A DNA stretch of 64,000 nt from an uncultured delta proteobacterium (GCA_963713045.1 CAVQKE010000003.1:320001-384000); one strand, 5' to 3'; shown: positions 9,979 to 21,132, counted from the first letter of the stretch. The notes: generated from the sequence alone by a model not told the origin. Program-made: numbers and translations.

Positions 9979-11280
9979 CTAAAGCAGAAGCCGCACGGGG
10001 TGCTCCAGCAGCGCCTTCACTTCCTGCAGGTACTGGGCGCCGAGGGCGCCGTCCACCACCCGGTGGTCTCCGGAGAAGACAATCCTCATCGTCTTGCGCA
10101 CCACCGGCTGGCCGTCGCGCGCCACCACCCGGTCCGCCACGGCGCCTACCGCGAGAATGGAGGCCTGAGGCGGGTTGATGACGGCGATGAATGAGTCCAC
10201 GCCGTACATGCCGAGGTTGGAAACGGTCACCGAGCCCCCGGTGTACTGCTCCGGCTTGAGGGCCCGACGCCGGGCGCGCTCGGCCAACTCCTTGGCCTCG
10301 AAGGCGATGGTGCTGAGCGACTTGGAGTCCGCGTCCCGGATGATGGGCGTGATGAGGCCATCCTCGATAGCCACCGCGATGCCGACATCGCCGGTGTGAA
10401 ACTGAAGCACGCGGTCCCCCTGCAGCCAGACGTTGACTTTGGGAACCTTGTGCAGCGCGATGGCGGCGGCCTTGACGATGAAGTCATTGACCGACACCTT
10501 CACCTCGGCGGCCTTCGCCTCCTCTCGCAGAGAGAGAGTCGCCTCCATGTCCACTTCGATGGCGAGGTAGAAGTGCGGCACGCCGGGTTTCACCTCAGCC
10601 ATGCGCTGGGCGATGATTTTGCGCATGCTGCTGATTGGCAGAACGTCCGGCTCCGGGCGGACGCCAGGGACGGCAACTGCACGGCGAGGCGTCGCGGGTT
10701 CACTCATCGCGGCTTGGATGTCGGCCTTCACAATGCGGCCCTGCGGCCCCGAGCCCTGGACCGCCCCCAAGTCCACGCCTGCCTCCTGCGCCATGCGCTT
10801 GGCCAACGGCGAGGCCCGAAGCCGCGCCGCCTCCTCGCCGCGCCGCAGTTGCACCACCTGCGCCGGTGTCCCGCCGCGGGGGGGCGCAGGTGCAGTTGGC
10901 TTGGCGGGGCTGATGGGCGGTGCGGCAACTGGCGCACGGGATGGGGTGGCCGGCGCAGGGACAGGGGCAGCCTTGGGTGTTTCGACTGTCGCGGGCGCGG
11001 CGGCTGGCTTCGGCGCGGCGGCTGCCAGCTCCACCTTTTCGCCTTTCTGTCCGAGGAAGCCGATGGGCGCGCCCACCTGGGCCACTTCGCCCTCCGGCAC
11101 TAGGATTTTGAGGAGTACTCCGTCGTCAAAGGCCTCCACCTCGAGGTTGGACTTGTCCGTTTCCACCTCGGCGATGGCGTCGCCGGTGGAAATCGCGTCG
11201 CCCTCCTTCTTGAGCCACTTGAGAATCTTCCCCTCCTTCATGGTGGGGGAGAGCGCCGGCAGCTGGATTTCGGTGGCCAT
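9979..11280 (-). CDS. pdhC: Pyruvate dehydrogenase E2, dihydrolipoamide acetyltransferase
   Basis: Lipoyl motif EVETDKS, E3-binding ASPLAKR, catalytic DHRVVDG. Confidence 0.95.
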   Translation of the reverse strand: MATEIQLPALSPTMKEGKILKWLKKEGDAISTGDAIAEVETDKSNLEVEAFDDGVLLKILVPEGEVAQVGAPIGFLGQKGEKVELAAAAPKPAAAPATVETPKAAPVPAPATPSRAPVAAPPISPAKPTAPAPPRGGTPAQVVQLRRGEEAARLRASPLAKRMAQEAGVDLGAVQGSGPQGRIVKADIQAAMSEPATPRRAVAVPGVRPEPDVLPISSMRKIIAQRMAEVKPGVPHFYLAIEVDMEATLSLREEAKAAEVKVSVNDFIVKAAAIALHKVPKVNVWLQGDRVLQFHTGDVGIAVAIEDGLITPIIRDADSKSLSTIAFEAKELAERARRRALKPEQYTGGSVTVSNLGMYGVDSFIAVINPPQASILAVGAVADRVVARDGQPVVRKTMRIVFSGDHRVVDGALGAQYLQEVKALLEHPVRLLL

Positions 11281-11290
11281 GGCGTGTGTT

Positions 11291-12277
11291 TCATCCTTCC
11301 TCTCGGTACAGCACTTTCTTCACGGCGGAGATGATGCGCGCCGGGTTCACCTCGGCGGCCCGCTCAAGCGCCGCGGCGTAGCTTCGGTTGACGTCCAGCC
11401 CCGTCACCCGCTCCACCGGAGCATCCAGGCTGTCAAAGGCCTTCGACTGGATGAGGTCCACCAGCTGGGCCCCCAACCCGCAGAAGCTCCAGCCTTCTTC
11501 CACGACGACGGCTCGGTTGGTTTTACGCACCGAGGTGAGGATGGCGGCTTCGTCCAACGGCTTGAGGGTGCGCAAGTCGAGCAAGTCGACGTGGATGCCT
11601 TCCGCTTCCAGCTGCTTGGCAGCCTCTTCGGCGTGGTAGTACATCCTCGCCCAGGTGATGAGGGTGCAGTCGGCGCCTTCGCGCTTGAGGGCCGCCTCTC
11701 CGAGGGGCAACACCAACTCGCCCGTCGGCACCTCGCCCTTGACGCCGTAGAGGAGCTCCGCCTCCAGAAAGATGACCGGGTTGTCGTCCCGAATCGACGC
11801 TTTCAGCAGTCCCTTGGCGTCGGCGGGAGTGGAGGGGGCGACCACTTTGAGGCCCGGGAAATAAGCGTAGTTGACCTCCAGAGACTGACTGTGTTGAGCG
11901 GCCAGGCGGCCGCCAGCGCCGTTGGGCCCGCGAAAGACAATCGGGCAGCGCAGCTGGCCCCCCGACATTTGGCGCACCTTCGCCGCGTTGTTGACAATCT
12001 GGTCCATCGCGAGAATGGCGAAATTCCAAGTCATCATCTCGATGACTGGCCTCAACCCCACCAGGGCCGCGCCCACCCCGAGGCCGGCGAAGCCCAACTC
12101 GCTGATGGGCGTGTCCACCACCCGGGCGCTGCCGAACTTCGCCAACAGCCCCTGGGACACTTTGTAGGCGCCGTCGTAGCGGGCCACTTCCTCGCCCATC
12201 AGGAAGACGTTGGCGTCGCGCTCCATCTCCTCGGACAGCGCTTGGTTGAGCGCCTCACGCCACGCAATTTCCGCCAT
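11291..12277 (-). CDS. pdhB: Pyruvate dehydrogenase E1 beta
   Basis: MGEEV...GAYKVS, DTPISE, AQHSQ; between pdhA and pdhC. Confidence 0.95.
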   Translation of the reverse strand: MAEIAWREALNQALSEEMERDANVFLMGEEVARYDGAYKVSQGLLAKFGSARVVDTPISELGFAGLGVGAALVGLRPVIEMMTWNFAILAMDQIVNNAAKVRQMSGGQLRCPIVFRGPNGAGGRLAAQHSQSLEVNYAYFPGLKVVAPSTPADAKGLLKASIRDDNPVIFLEAELLYGVKGEVPTGELVLPLGEAALKREGADCTLITWARMYYHAEEAAKQLEAEGIHVDLLDLRTLKPLDEAAILTSVRKTNRAVVVEEGWSFCGLGAQLVDLIQSKAFDSLDAPVERVTGLDVNRSYAAALERAAEVNPARIISAVKKVLYREEG

Positions 12278-12310
12278 CGAGGGGTCCAGCCGTCCTTTCT
12301 CTTCGTCTGA

Positions 12311-13435
12311 CTAGGCAGGCTTCTTGAGCTCGGGCTGCGGCTCTCCCACGGCGGGCGTTCGCGGTTCGAGGTCCCAGCTGACGTGGAGTTCCTTCCCCGA
12401 AGGGTAGCTCGGCCAGTCCACCTGGACACCGCGCACCCGCTGACGGGGAGGCACGTCGCGCTCGCCAGGCTCCACCAGGGTGTCGGTCCACACCTCTTCC
12501 ACCGCCGGCTCAGGTGAGGCATCGGCAAACTTCACCGCCTCGTCGACCACGCCTTTGACCTCTCCTTCAATTGCCTCGAAGTCGGCTTCTGCGGCCAGCT
12601 GCGCCGCCACCGCCCAGGCCCGCAGCCGGGGAATGGGGTCGGCCTTTCGCTCGGTCTCGACCTCCTCCTTGCTGCGGTAGGTGGCCGCGTCGGACATGGA
12701 ATGTCCGCGGTAGCGGTAGGTATCTGCCTCCAGCAGGACCGGCCCCTTGCCGGAACGGCACCAAGCGGCGCAGTCCTTGGCCATTTCATACACTTTGAGG
12801 ACGTCGTGGCCGTCGACCGACTCGCTTCGCATGTCGTAGGCCGCGGCACGCTTCGAGACTTTGGCCACCGCCGACACCCGCTCGATGGCGGTTCCCATTC
12901 CATAGCGGTTGTTCTCGCAGATGAAGAGTGCCGGCAGCTTCCACTTGGATGCCATGTTGAGCGTCTCGTGGAAGCTGCCCTGGTTGGCGGCGGCCTCGCC
13001 GAAGTAGCAGACGCTGATGCGGTCCTCATTGCGGTAGCGCACGGCGAACGCTGTGCCGGCGGCCAGCGGGATTTGGCCGCCGACGATGCCGTACCCACCG
13101 AGGACGTTATGCTCGACGTCATAGATGTGCATCGAGCCGCCCTTGCCCTTGCTGTAGCCCGTGGCGCGACCGAAGAGTTCAGCCATCACCATCCCCACGT
13201 CGGCGCCGCGCACCAGTGCGTAGCCATGGTCGCGGTAGGCGGTGACGAGGTAGTCGCGGGGCTGGATGGCCTCATTCACGCCCGCGGCGACCGCTTCCTG
13301 GCCGATGTAGAGGTGACAGAAGCCGTTGATTTTCCCCTGGCCGTAGGCCTGCGCCGCGCGCTCCTCAAAGCGGCGAATGAGGTACATGTTTCGGAAGAGA
13401 CGCAGCACCAAGTCCTTCGGGTACGCGGGGGCCAC
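12311..13435 (-). CDS. pdhA: Pyruvate dehydrogenase E1 alpha
   Basis: GFCHLYIGQEA, GKGGSMH, TPP motif GEAAANQG...ENN, YRYRGHSMSD. Confidence 0.95.
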   Translation of the reverse strand: MAPAYPKDLVLRLFRNMYLIRRFEERAAQAYGQGKINGFCHLYIGQEAVAAGVNEAIQPRDYLVTAYRDHGYALVRGADVGMVMAELFGRATGYSKGKGGSMHIYDVEHNVLGGYGIVGGQIPLAAGTAFAVRYRNEDRISVCYFGEAAANQGSFHETLNMASKWKLPALFICENNRYGMGTAIERVSAVAKVSKRAAAYDMRSESVDGHDVLKVYEMAKDCAAWCRSGKGPVLLEADTYRYRGHSMSDAATYRSKEEVETERKADPIPRLRAWAVAAQLAAEADFEAIEGEVKGVVDEAVKFADASPEPAVEEVWTDTLVEPGERDVPPRQRVRGVQVDWPSYPSGKELHVSWDLEPRTPAVGEPQPELKKPA

Positions 13436-13623
13436 GGGTCTCCTCCGGCAACGTCACGGCTCGACGAGGCCGAGCTTTAGCGGTGGGGTGGTGGGATTTC
13501 CAGGCGATTCCATGCCCTTGCCGCACCGCGGCGAAAGTTCCTGTCGGAAAGCCAAGCGGCCACCGAAGCCCGCGCGCCGACGCCCAGGAGGCAAGGGCGC
13601 GCACCGTCCGCCGTGCAGCGCCC

Positions 13624-14523
13624 TCATCTCGGATGCGAGGGCTCGTCGAGTTGGACGGGCAAGTCCGGCTGCGGCCCTTCCAGGGGAGGAGCCACCGGTC
13701 GCGGAGGGGGCGGAGGTGGCGGCACATCCGTTTCGCCTGGGTAGAAGAAAAGAATGCCTAGCTCCCGCTCTCCATCGCAGGGGTTACCGTCCATGTCGAG
13801 CGCCGGGCGGAACCGCTGGCGAAAGGCACACTCTTTGGCGGATTCATTGAAGGACGACGGCCCGGGGCGGAGGATGCTGACGTGGGTGGGCTTTCCCGCC
13901 GCGGAGACGTGCACCCGGATGCGCACCACCACGTCGTGCTTTGGTCCGCCGTGTGGAAAGCCGCAATCCCATCCGGTGTTGACCTCCTGGGGGTCCCGGG
14001 CCAGTGAATGCCGACGCAGGGCACCGGATTGGACGCCATCCGCCCACCCAGGCCCTTGGGCGTCGGCGCTGCCGCCGCCGCCGAACCACCGCCCGCTGGG
14101 CCTCGTCAAGCCTTCGTCCGCCGGGGCAGCAAACGTCAACTCCATGTCCGGCTGAATGTCGCGGGCAACCGCTTTGGGTAGCCTGACGCCCCGCCCGCCC
14201 TTCCGTGGGGCGTCGGTGGCTGACGGAGTGGGAGGTGGCCTGGGCGCCAAAGGCCGACGGAAGACGACGGTGACGGGTTCCATCGGCAACGACACCAGGC
14301 TGCGGCCCAGCCAAAGGGTGAGGCCAATCAGGACGACGTGCAGAAGAACGGAGAAAACGCTCGACCAGCCATAGCGGGGAGAGTCGGCCCGTCTGCCAAA
14401 CGTCCGCAGGACAATGGGAGGCGCCGGGGCGCCGACGCCGGCGGATGCGTCCATTTCGGCTGAGTCTTCACCACCGTGCGCAGGCGACAGTGCAGCGCCG
14501 GGGCGTGAAGTCTCTTCGTACAT
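13624..14523 (-). CDS. TonB-like energy transducer family protein
   Basis: Single TM with SVLLH (SxxxH), Pro-rich linker, TonB_C-like domain (VRIRVHVSAAG...RFRPALDMDG). Confidence 0.7.
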   Translation of the reverse strand: MYEETSRPGAALSPAHGGEDSAEMDASAGVGAPAPPIVLRTFGRRADSPRYGWSSVFSVLLHVVLIGLTLWLGRSLVSLPMEPVTVVFRRPLAPRPPPTPSATDAPRKGGRGVRLPKAVARDIQPDMELTFAAPADEGLTRPSGRWFGGGGSADAQGPGWADGVQSGALRRHSLARDPQEVNTGWDCGFPHGGPKHDVVVRIRVHVSAAGKPTHVSILRPGPSSFNESAKECAFRQRFRPALDMDGNPCDGERELGILFFYPGETDVPPPPPPPRPVAPPLEGPQPDLPVQLDEPSHPR

Positions 14524-14675
14524 GCCCGTTACCCCAGCGCGTCCCGTCCGCCGCTACGCGCCCCCCCGGAAAAGCCGCACGCTTTCGCCCTCGCTTCGCC
14601 CCATGCTAGTCGCCTTTTCGGGCGTCAGCCGGTCGCTGCCGGCGCGAAACCCCTCGTCTCGCCCCCCTAGGTGCT

Positions 14676-15446
14676 TCAGGCTTCCAGCTGGAAATTCGGG
14701 ATGGGGATGATGCCGTCGGCCAGGACGTCCACCCGCCCTGAATGTCCGGTTGTGAGCAGTAGCACATGCGCCCGTGGAAAAGCAGTCCGGTAGTCATTGG
14801 CGTGGCCCGGTTCATTGTCGAAGGCTGCCACCACCGTGCCCCGCTCAGCGAGACGGTGGTGGGTGTGGCGTTTGAATTGGTCGTCACTGGCTTCGGAGTC
14901 GAGCTTCATGAAGAGTTCCACGCCAGGCCCAGGCAGGGGGAAGCCATAGCGGCCGAGGACGTCCAAGGTGCCGGGACGCATCGTTTCGGGTCGCGCCGTG
15001 ACGTAGGCCAGCTGCGCTCCAGTGGCAGCGGCACGTCGGACGTAGTCCGGGGCACCCGGCACCGGCACGTCGGCGCGGCACGCTTCGCTGGTAAAAAAGT
15101 GCGCTCGCCAGAAGGGGCGAAAGCCGGTGAGAAATTCGTCGACCGACGCCGGCGTCAGTCCCTGCCTCTGCAGTGCGGCACGCATGTCAAACCCGGTGTG
15201 GAGGTGGCGGGCGTCAAAGTCGGCCAGCGCCAGGGCCACGCCTCGCTCGCGGACGTAGCGGTGCACCAGCGCCGCCTGACGGGGGCGGTTGTCGAGCAAG
15301 GTGGAGTCCAAGTCGAAGGCCACCACCGCTTCGGCCTTACGCTGCTGCGCGTCGGCGAGGACTTGGCCCAGCACCTGACGCCATTGGGGATGGACTTCGA
15401 AGGACGGCACGCGAGGCACCCACCCTACCAGGGCGACGACGCCCAC
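14676..15446 (-). CDS. HAD-superfamily hydrolase
   Basis: Motif I FDLDSTL, motif II VTAR, motif IV FDNE. Confidence 0.85.
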   Translation of the reverse strand: MGVVALVGWVPRVPSFEVHPQWRQVLGQVLADAQQRKAEAVVAFDLDSTLLDNRPRQAALVHRYVRERGVALALADFDARHLHTGFDMRAALQRQGLTPASVDEFLTGFRPFWRAHFFTSEACRADVPVPGAPDYVRRAAATGAQLAYVTARPETMRPGTLDVLGRYGFPLPGPGVELFMKLDSEASDDQFKRHTHHRLAERGTVVAAFDNEPGHANDYRTAFPRAHVLLLTTGHSGRVDVLADGIIPIPNFQLEA

Positions 15447-15507
15447 AGCGTTGGTAGAGACGAGGGGGGCCCCCGACGGGCGGGGGCCCGGGCAGAACGT
15501 CGGTGCC

Positions 15508-16209
15508 CTACGCCCGACGGCTTGTTGTCAACGCCGGGTGCGCGGCGAGGAAGCGCACCAGGCACAGCTCCGTCTTGGCATCGGCCACCTCCCCCCGCCT
15601 GCAAGCCGCCAACAGGGCTGCGATGGGCCACCAGCGTACCGAGGCGCCCTCCTCCAGGGGGGAGCCATCGCCCGTGGGGCGGACGGGCTGCAGCCCGGTG
15701 ACGTCCACCGCGGTGGGATGAATTTTCTCGGAGATGATGCCGGGCAGCATGAAGAAGGCAGGGCCCAGCAGTTCCACCGCCTCCGGGCTTACGCAGTAGC
15801 CGGCCTCCTCCTTCACCTCGGCCGCGGCCCGCGCTTGCACGCCGGCCTCGCCTTTGTCCTCCCTCTCGAGGACCCCAGCGACAAGTTCCTCCACCGTCAG
15901 GTACGTCTCGCGGTCCGGCACCGGGAGGGGCAGCTCCCGCCGGAAGTAGGCCGCTGGGCGCAGTGTCCGGCGTGTCAACACTTCGAGGCCTTGGGGCCCT
16001 TGACGCCACAACAGGACGGCCACCGCGTCCGGCACCGGGCGGTCCACGATGTCCACCGTGAAGACGCGGGACAGCGAGCCATCCGCTCGTCGGTTCCGGC
16101 AGCGCAATCGCCGCAGGCGAAGAAAGTCCTCGTCGGAGCGCGCGCCGGGGGAGACGTCCTCCACCACCTCGATGGCGATGACCTCTTCTTCGGGTGGAAG
16201 TGCGCCCAC
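15508..16209 (-). CDS. NUDIX hydrolase
   Basis: ELVAGVLE...AAAEVKEEAG Nudix box; C-terminal ADAKTE. Confidence 0.85.
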   Translation of the reverse strand: MGALPPEEEVIAIEVVEDVSPGARSDEDFLRLRRLRCRNRRADGSLSRVFTVDIVDRPVPDAVAVLLWRQGPQGLEVLTRRTLRPAAYFRRELPLPVPDRETYLTVEELVAGVLEREDKGEAGVQARAAAEVKEEAGYCVSPEAVELLGPAFFMLPGIISEKIHPTAVDVTGLQPVRPTGDGSPLEEGASVRWWPIAALLAACRRGEVADAKTELCLVRFLAAHPALTTSRRA

Positions 16210-16260
16210 CGGCCAGTCCCTCTCCTCGGCGCGCGTGGCCCTTGGGCAGCGCGGGCTGCG

Positions 16261-18099
16261 CTAGGAAGCGGACGTCATCCGCATCACCTCAGCGAAGGCG
16301 GTCTGGCCCTGCGCCAGTTTGCGGACGGCCGCCTCGCGCAGGGTGCGCATGCCTGCCCCGCGGGCCAGCTCAACCAAGCGCGCTTCGGGGGCCTCGTGGG
16401 TGATGGCATCTCGAATGGCGGCATTTATCGGAAGAATCTCGAAGACGCCGGTGCGCCCGTAGTAGCCGGTGCCTCGGCAATGGACGCAGCCGGCTCCCAA
16501 CTGCAGGAGGAGACCGCCGGGAAGCAGCGGCAGCGGAGCGCCGAGGGCCACCAGCTGGTCCGGCGCGAGTTCCGCCGGTTGCATGCACCGGGTGCACACT
16601 CGCCGCAGAAGCCGCTGAGCCATGACGCCAATCAAACAGCTTCCCAGCAGGAAGGGCGGAACGCCCAAGTCCTTCATCCGGGTCACCGCGCCCACCGAGT
16701 CATTGGTGTGTAGGGTCGACAGCACCAGGTGGCCGGTCAGCGCCGCACTGCATGGCCATCTCGGCGGTCTCGGCGTCGCGGATCTCGCCCACCATGATGA
16801 CGTCCGGGTCCTGGCGCAGAGGACGTGACGCAGGGCGCTCGCGAAGTCGAGGTCGATCTGTCGGCTGCACCTGCACCTGGTTGAACTCTGGCGCAATCAT
16901 TTCGATCGGGTCCTCGACCGTGGTCAGACGTTGACGTCCGGCGGCCGAGCTCGCTTGAGCGCGGAGTAGAGGGTGGTGGTCTTGCCGCTTCCGGTCGGGC
17001 CGGTGACGAGAATGAGGCCGTTGGGCGCTGGTCATCATGGCTCGAAGAGTCCCTTCTCGTCCTGCCGTCGAAGCCCAGCTCGGGCGAAGTCGCTGGACCA
17101 GCGTCTCCGGGTCGAAGATGCGCATGACCACCTTCTCGCCGAAGGCGGTGGGCAGCGTCGAGATCGCGCAGCTCGATCTCGCTGCCCGTCGCGGCTCCGT
17201 CTTGATGCGGCCGTCCTGGGGCGGCGCTTCTCGGAAATGTCCATCCGCGCAATCAGCTTGAGTGCGCGGGACGATGGCGCACGTGCACCGAGGTCGGGCA
17301 GCGTGTAAACGGTGTGCAGCACGCCGTCGATGCGGAAGCGCACCATGGCGCTCTCGCGCTGGGCTCGATGTGGATGTCGGAGGCGCGACTGCTCGAAGGC
17401 GTAACGCAAAAGGTAGTCCACCGCCTGGACGATGGGCTTGTCCGAGGCGTCCAACTCGCGCCCGCTGGACAACGACACCAGCTGCTCGAAGTTGTGAAGC
17501 TGGGGGGTGCCGGTCGTGGAAAAGTCGCTCGCCGCCTGGGCCAGGGTGCGCTTGAAGCCGTAGATGTCCGCGATGCAGCGGAGGATGTCCGCCTTGGCGG
17601 ACAACACTGGCACCACCGGCACTCCAGCCAGCCGAGTGACACTCTCCAACGTCTCCCGGTCAAAGGGATTGGCGGTGGCCACCACCAACGTCCCTTCCGG
17701 CGTGCGTTCCAGCGGAAGGATGAGGTGCTTCTGGGCGTAGGGCCGAGACACGGTGCGGGTGGCCAGGGCCATGTCCAGCTTCAGCGGGTCAATTTTTCGG
17801 TAGGGGATGCCCAGCGCCTCGGCCACCGCCTCGCTGATGCAGTCCTGGTCGAGGACTCGGCCATTGCCCAGTGGCACCTGAAACACCGCCACCAGCTCCA
17901 CCGGCGACACCGAGTAGCGCGCCTCGTCCTTCTGCGCCCCCACCTGCTTCAGGACGCGCACCTTGGCCGCGGCCTCCTTGGAGGCCAAGTCCTGGGCCTG
18001 GGAGGGGGAAAGCAGCTGCCGCGCGACGAGAATTTGCAGCACCAGAGCGAGGTTGAACTCTGAGCCGTTGCGTTGCAGTCGAAGCGCTGGCAGGGACAC
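16261..18099 (-). CDS. gspE: GspE/PulE/PilB-family secretion ATPase, broken by many indels at about 16740-17400 (probably an assembly artefact)
   Basis: Pieces in different frames give [84 protein letters not shown], CxxC...CxxC, GYYGRTG. Confidence 0.85.
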
Positions 18100-18114
18100 G
18101 GGCGTCCCATCAGT

Positions 18115-18929
18115 CTACCTGCGAATGGCGCGTACCGCCGCTTCCACGAGGTCGGCCGAGCTCGGCCGCTCGGCGACGCCGGTGGGTGGGAAGCCCAGGG
18201 CGGCCAGGGCACTGGCGGTGGTGGGGCCGATGGCCACCACCTGGGCCTGCGCCAGCAGCGGCCGGCCGCCCGCCTCGACAAAGGCCTCCGCGGTGCGGGG
18301 CGAGGCGAAAAGGACGGCCGCGGGGGGCCGGGTGCGCAGGTCTGCCCACACCTCCCCCGCCACTGGCAGCGGCGTACTGCGGTAGGCGGCCACCCGCGTG
18401 ACGGCCGGAGGGCCGGCCGGGGGGGCCTGGGTCCGTGGCGCTGGGGGTTCCAAGACCGTAGAGGCCTCGGCCAAGGCTTCTTCCAACTCCAGCCGCCCCT
18501 CCTCCGCGGCGGGCAGCAGCACCTGGTCCTCCGGCACCAGCCTCTGGGCAAGCTCCGGCCCAGCGCGGCACCGGTCCCTCCCTCGCTGCGCAGGTGCACC
18601 TGCAACCCAGCTGCCCGGGCAGCACGCTCTGTTGCCGCGCCCACCACGGCGACGCGGAGACGTCGCAGGGCAGCGCCACTTCCAGCGACCCGCGCCGCCT
18701 CGACCAGTGCCTCCACCGCGGCCGGAGAGGCGAAGGCCACCCAGCTGAACCGGCCCAGCGTCTCGGCGGCTGCCCGCAGCCCGCGGCCGTCGCTCGGCGG
18801 CTCCAGCTCCAACATGGGCAAGGCCACCACCTCGGCGCCTTCCTCCTCCAGAAGAAAGCACAGCTCCTCGCACCGCTGCCGTGGCCGGGTGACGAGGATG
18901 CGCAGCCCGTCCAGCCGCCGGGCACTCAC
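18115..18929 (-). CDS. hemD: Uroporphyrinogen-III synthase (1-nt frameshift near 18560)
   Basis: ILVTRP, FASPAAV, VVGAAT in one frame; AYRS, FASPRTA, AIGPTT in another; GTG start overlaps the hemC stop. Confidence 0.88.
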
Positions 18930-19855
18930 CGCGCTGTGTCCTGCAGGGTGGCCAGCAGCTGGCCTGCGCCGAGGTCGAGCAACTGCAGAGCCAGGGCCTG
19001 CCCCACTTCGGTTGCCGAGTGGGATGGACCGCGGCGCTCGCCCCGCACCACCGTGCGGCCGTCCGGCGTGCCGACAAAGCCCCGTAGCCAGATGCCCTCT
19101 CCCTCCAACACCGCATAGCCGCCGAGGGGCACATTGCAGCCCCCCGCCAGCCGGGCGAGGAAGGCTCGCTCGGCGTCGACCGCCAGGCGTGTTGGGCCGT
19201 CGTCGAGACTGGCCGCGCGCTCCCAAGTTTCGCTGTCCGCCTGGCGGGCCTCCAGCGCCAAGGCGCCCTGCCCGACTGCCGGAAGGCTTTGCTCGACCGA
19301 CAGCACCTGGGTGATGCAGCTTTGAAGCCCAAGCCGAAGCAGCCCAGCCACGGCCAGCACGGTGCCCGCCAGCTGCAGCTCCTCCGCCTTGCGCAGGCGC
19401 GACTGGACGTTGCCGCGCAAGGGCACCACCTGCAAGTCCGGTCGGCGTGCCAACAGCGAGCAGGCCCGTCGCAGTGACGACGTCCCCACCCGGGCGCCGC
19501 TGGGCAACTCCTCAAGCTTGAGGCCGCTGGGAGAGACCCAAGCGTCGCGAGGGTCCTCGCGCTGGGGCACCGCTGCCAGGCCAAGCCCCGACGGGAAGGC
19601 CGAGGTGACGTCCTTCAGGCTATGGACGGCGAGGTCCGCTCGCCCTTGCAGCAGAGCCTCCTCCAATTCTTTGATGAAGAGTCCCTTGCCCCCCACCGCC
19701 TGAAGGGGTGCCTGAAGAAAGGTGTCCCCGGCGGTGGTCAACTCCACCAGGGACACTTCGGTACCGGGGAAGCGGCCGCGCCAGAGGGCAGCGACGTGGT
19801 TGGCTTGCCAGCGGGCCAGCGGACTCTTCCGCGTGGCGATGCGCAACCGGCTCAC
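18926..19855 (-). CDS. hemC: Hydroxymethylbilane synthase (porphobilinogen deaminase)
   Basis: [40 protein letters not shown]. Confidence 0.97.
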   Translation of the reverse strand: MSRLRIATRKSPLARWQANHVAALWRGRFPGTEVSLVELTTAGDTFLQAPLQAVGGKGLFIKELEEALLQGRADLAVHSLKDVTSAFPSGLGLAAVPQREDPRDAWVSPSGLKLEELPSGARVGTSSLRRACSLLARRPDLQVVPLRGNVQSRLRKAEELQLAGTVLAVAGLLRLGLQSCITQVLSVEQSLPAVGQGALALEARQADSETWERAASLDDGPTRLAVDAERAFLARLAGGCNVPLGGYAVLEGEGIWLRGFVGTPDGRTVVRGERRGPSHSATEVGQALALQLLDLGAGQLLATLQDTAR

Positions 19856-21132
19856 GACTCGCCGCTGCGTCGGGAGGCGGCGTCGAGGCCGAAGAGTTCG
19901 GCCACCGCCTCGGCCAGCGGGTTGAGCGCCTCGCCGGGAGTGACGGCGCGAAGCCTGACGGTGGGTTGGTGGAGCACCTTGTTGACGATGGCCGACGTCA
20001 TCGCCGCCACCACGGCCGCTTGGGCTTCGGTGAGGGGCGTCGGCAGGTTGGCCAGCGCCCGCTCCAGCTCTGCCTTGCGGATGGCTTCGGCGCGCGCCCG
20101 GAGCTGGGCCAGCACCGGGACGCCCTCGCGGAGGGCGCGGGCGCTCAGGAAACGGGCCAAGTCCTCGGCCACCAACGCCTCACCCTGCGCCGCGGCGTCG
20201 GCGCGAAGCGCGGTGTTTTCCGCCACCACCCGTTGGATGTCGTCCACGTCGTAGGCGTAGACGTTGTCCAAGTCATTGACTTCGGGCTCGACGTCGCGCG
20301 GGACGGCCAAGTCCACCAGAAACAGCGGCCGGTGGCGGCGGCTGCGTACCGTCCCCGCGACCATCTCCCGGGTGATGATGGGGGCGGGCGAGGCGGTGGT
20401 GCAGACCACCACGTCAGCCCGGCGGAGGGCGGCCTCCAAGGGATGGAAGGGAAGCGCCTCGCCGCCCAGCGCCCGGGCCAGCGCCTCGGCGTGCTGCAGG
20501 GTGCGGTTGGTGACCAGGAGGGGTCGGGCCCCGGCGGAGGCCAGGTGGCGGCCGGCCAATTCCGACATTTCCCCCGCGCCGACGAGAAGCACTGTCCTGC
20601 CCTCCAGGCCGCCGAAAATCTTGCTCGCCAGCTGCACCGCGGCTGCAGCCATGGAGGTGGCAGCCCGCCCAATGTCCGTCTCGCTGCGCACCCGCTTGGC
20701 AGCGGAGAAGGCTGCGGCGCACACCCGTCCCAATTCAGCGCGGGCCGCCCCCACCCGCTGGGCCAATTCGAAGGCCTCCTTCACCTGGCCGAGGATTTGA
20801 GGTTCTCCGACCACCATCGAGTCGAGACTGGCGGCGACGCGGAAGAGATGGCGCAGGGCCGCTTCGCCGCGGTGCAGGTAGGCGTGGGCCAGGGCCTCCT
20901 CGCCCCCCAACAGTGTCAACTCGGCTCGCAGACGCGCTTCGAGGGCGTCCGCCGCTCCGAAGCCGTAGAGCTCCACCCGGTTGCAGGTGGAGACGAAGAG
21001 CGCCTCGGCCGGGGAGGCCGCCACACGCCCGAGGACTTCGGACTGGCGCTCGACAGGGACGGCCAGCCGCTCGCGCAGGGCGACGGGGGCCGTCTTGTGG
21101 GAGACGCCGAGGCAGACCAGGACGGAACTCAC
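19852..21132 (-). CDS. hemA: Glutamyl-tRNA reductase
   Basis: [50 protein letters not shown] start at 21132 overlaps the upstream stop. Confidence 0.97.
   Translation of the reverse strand: MSSVLVCLGVSHKTAPVALRERLAVPVERQSEVLGRVAASPAEALFVSTCNRVELYGFGAADALEARLRAELTLLGGEEALAHAYLHRGEAALRHLFRVAASLDSMVVGEPQILGQVKEAFELAQRVGAARAELGRVCAAAFSAAKRVRSETDIGRAATSMAAAAVQLASKIFGGLEGRTVLLVGAGEMSELAGRHLASAGARPLLVTNRTLQHAEALARALGGEALPFHPLEAALRRADVVVCTTASPAPIITREMVAGTVRSRRHRPLFLVDLAVPRDVEPEVNDLDNVYAYDVDDIQRVVAENTALRADAAAQGEALVAEDLARFLSARALREGVPVLAQLRARAEAIRKAELERALANLPTPLTEAQAAVVAAMTSAIVNKVLHQPTVRLRAVTPGEALNPLAEAVAELFGLDAASRRSGES

Noticed and set aside
13500..13525. Possible sigma-54 promoter upstream of pdhA (AGGGCATGGAATCGC on -)
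   Set aside because: Spacing fits but the -24 element matches poorly
16261..18099. Programmed frameshifting or true pseudogenisation of gspE
   Set aside because: Indels are too many and too clustered while motifs stay intact; an assembly artefact is the simpler explanation
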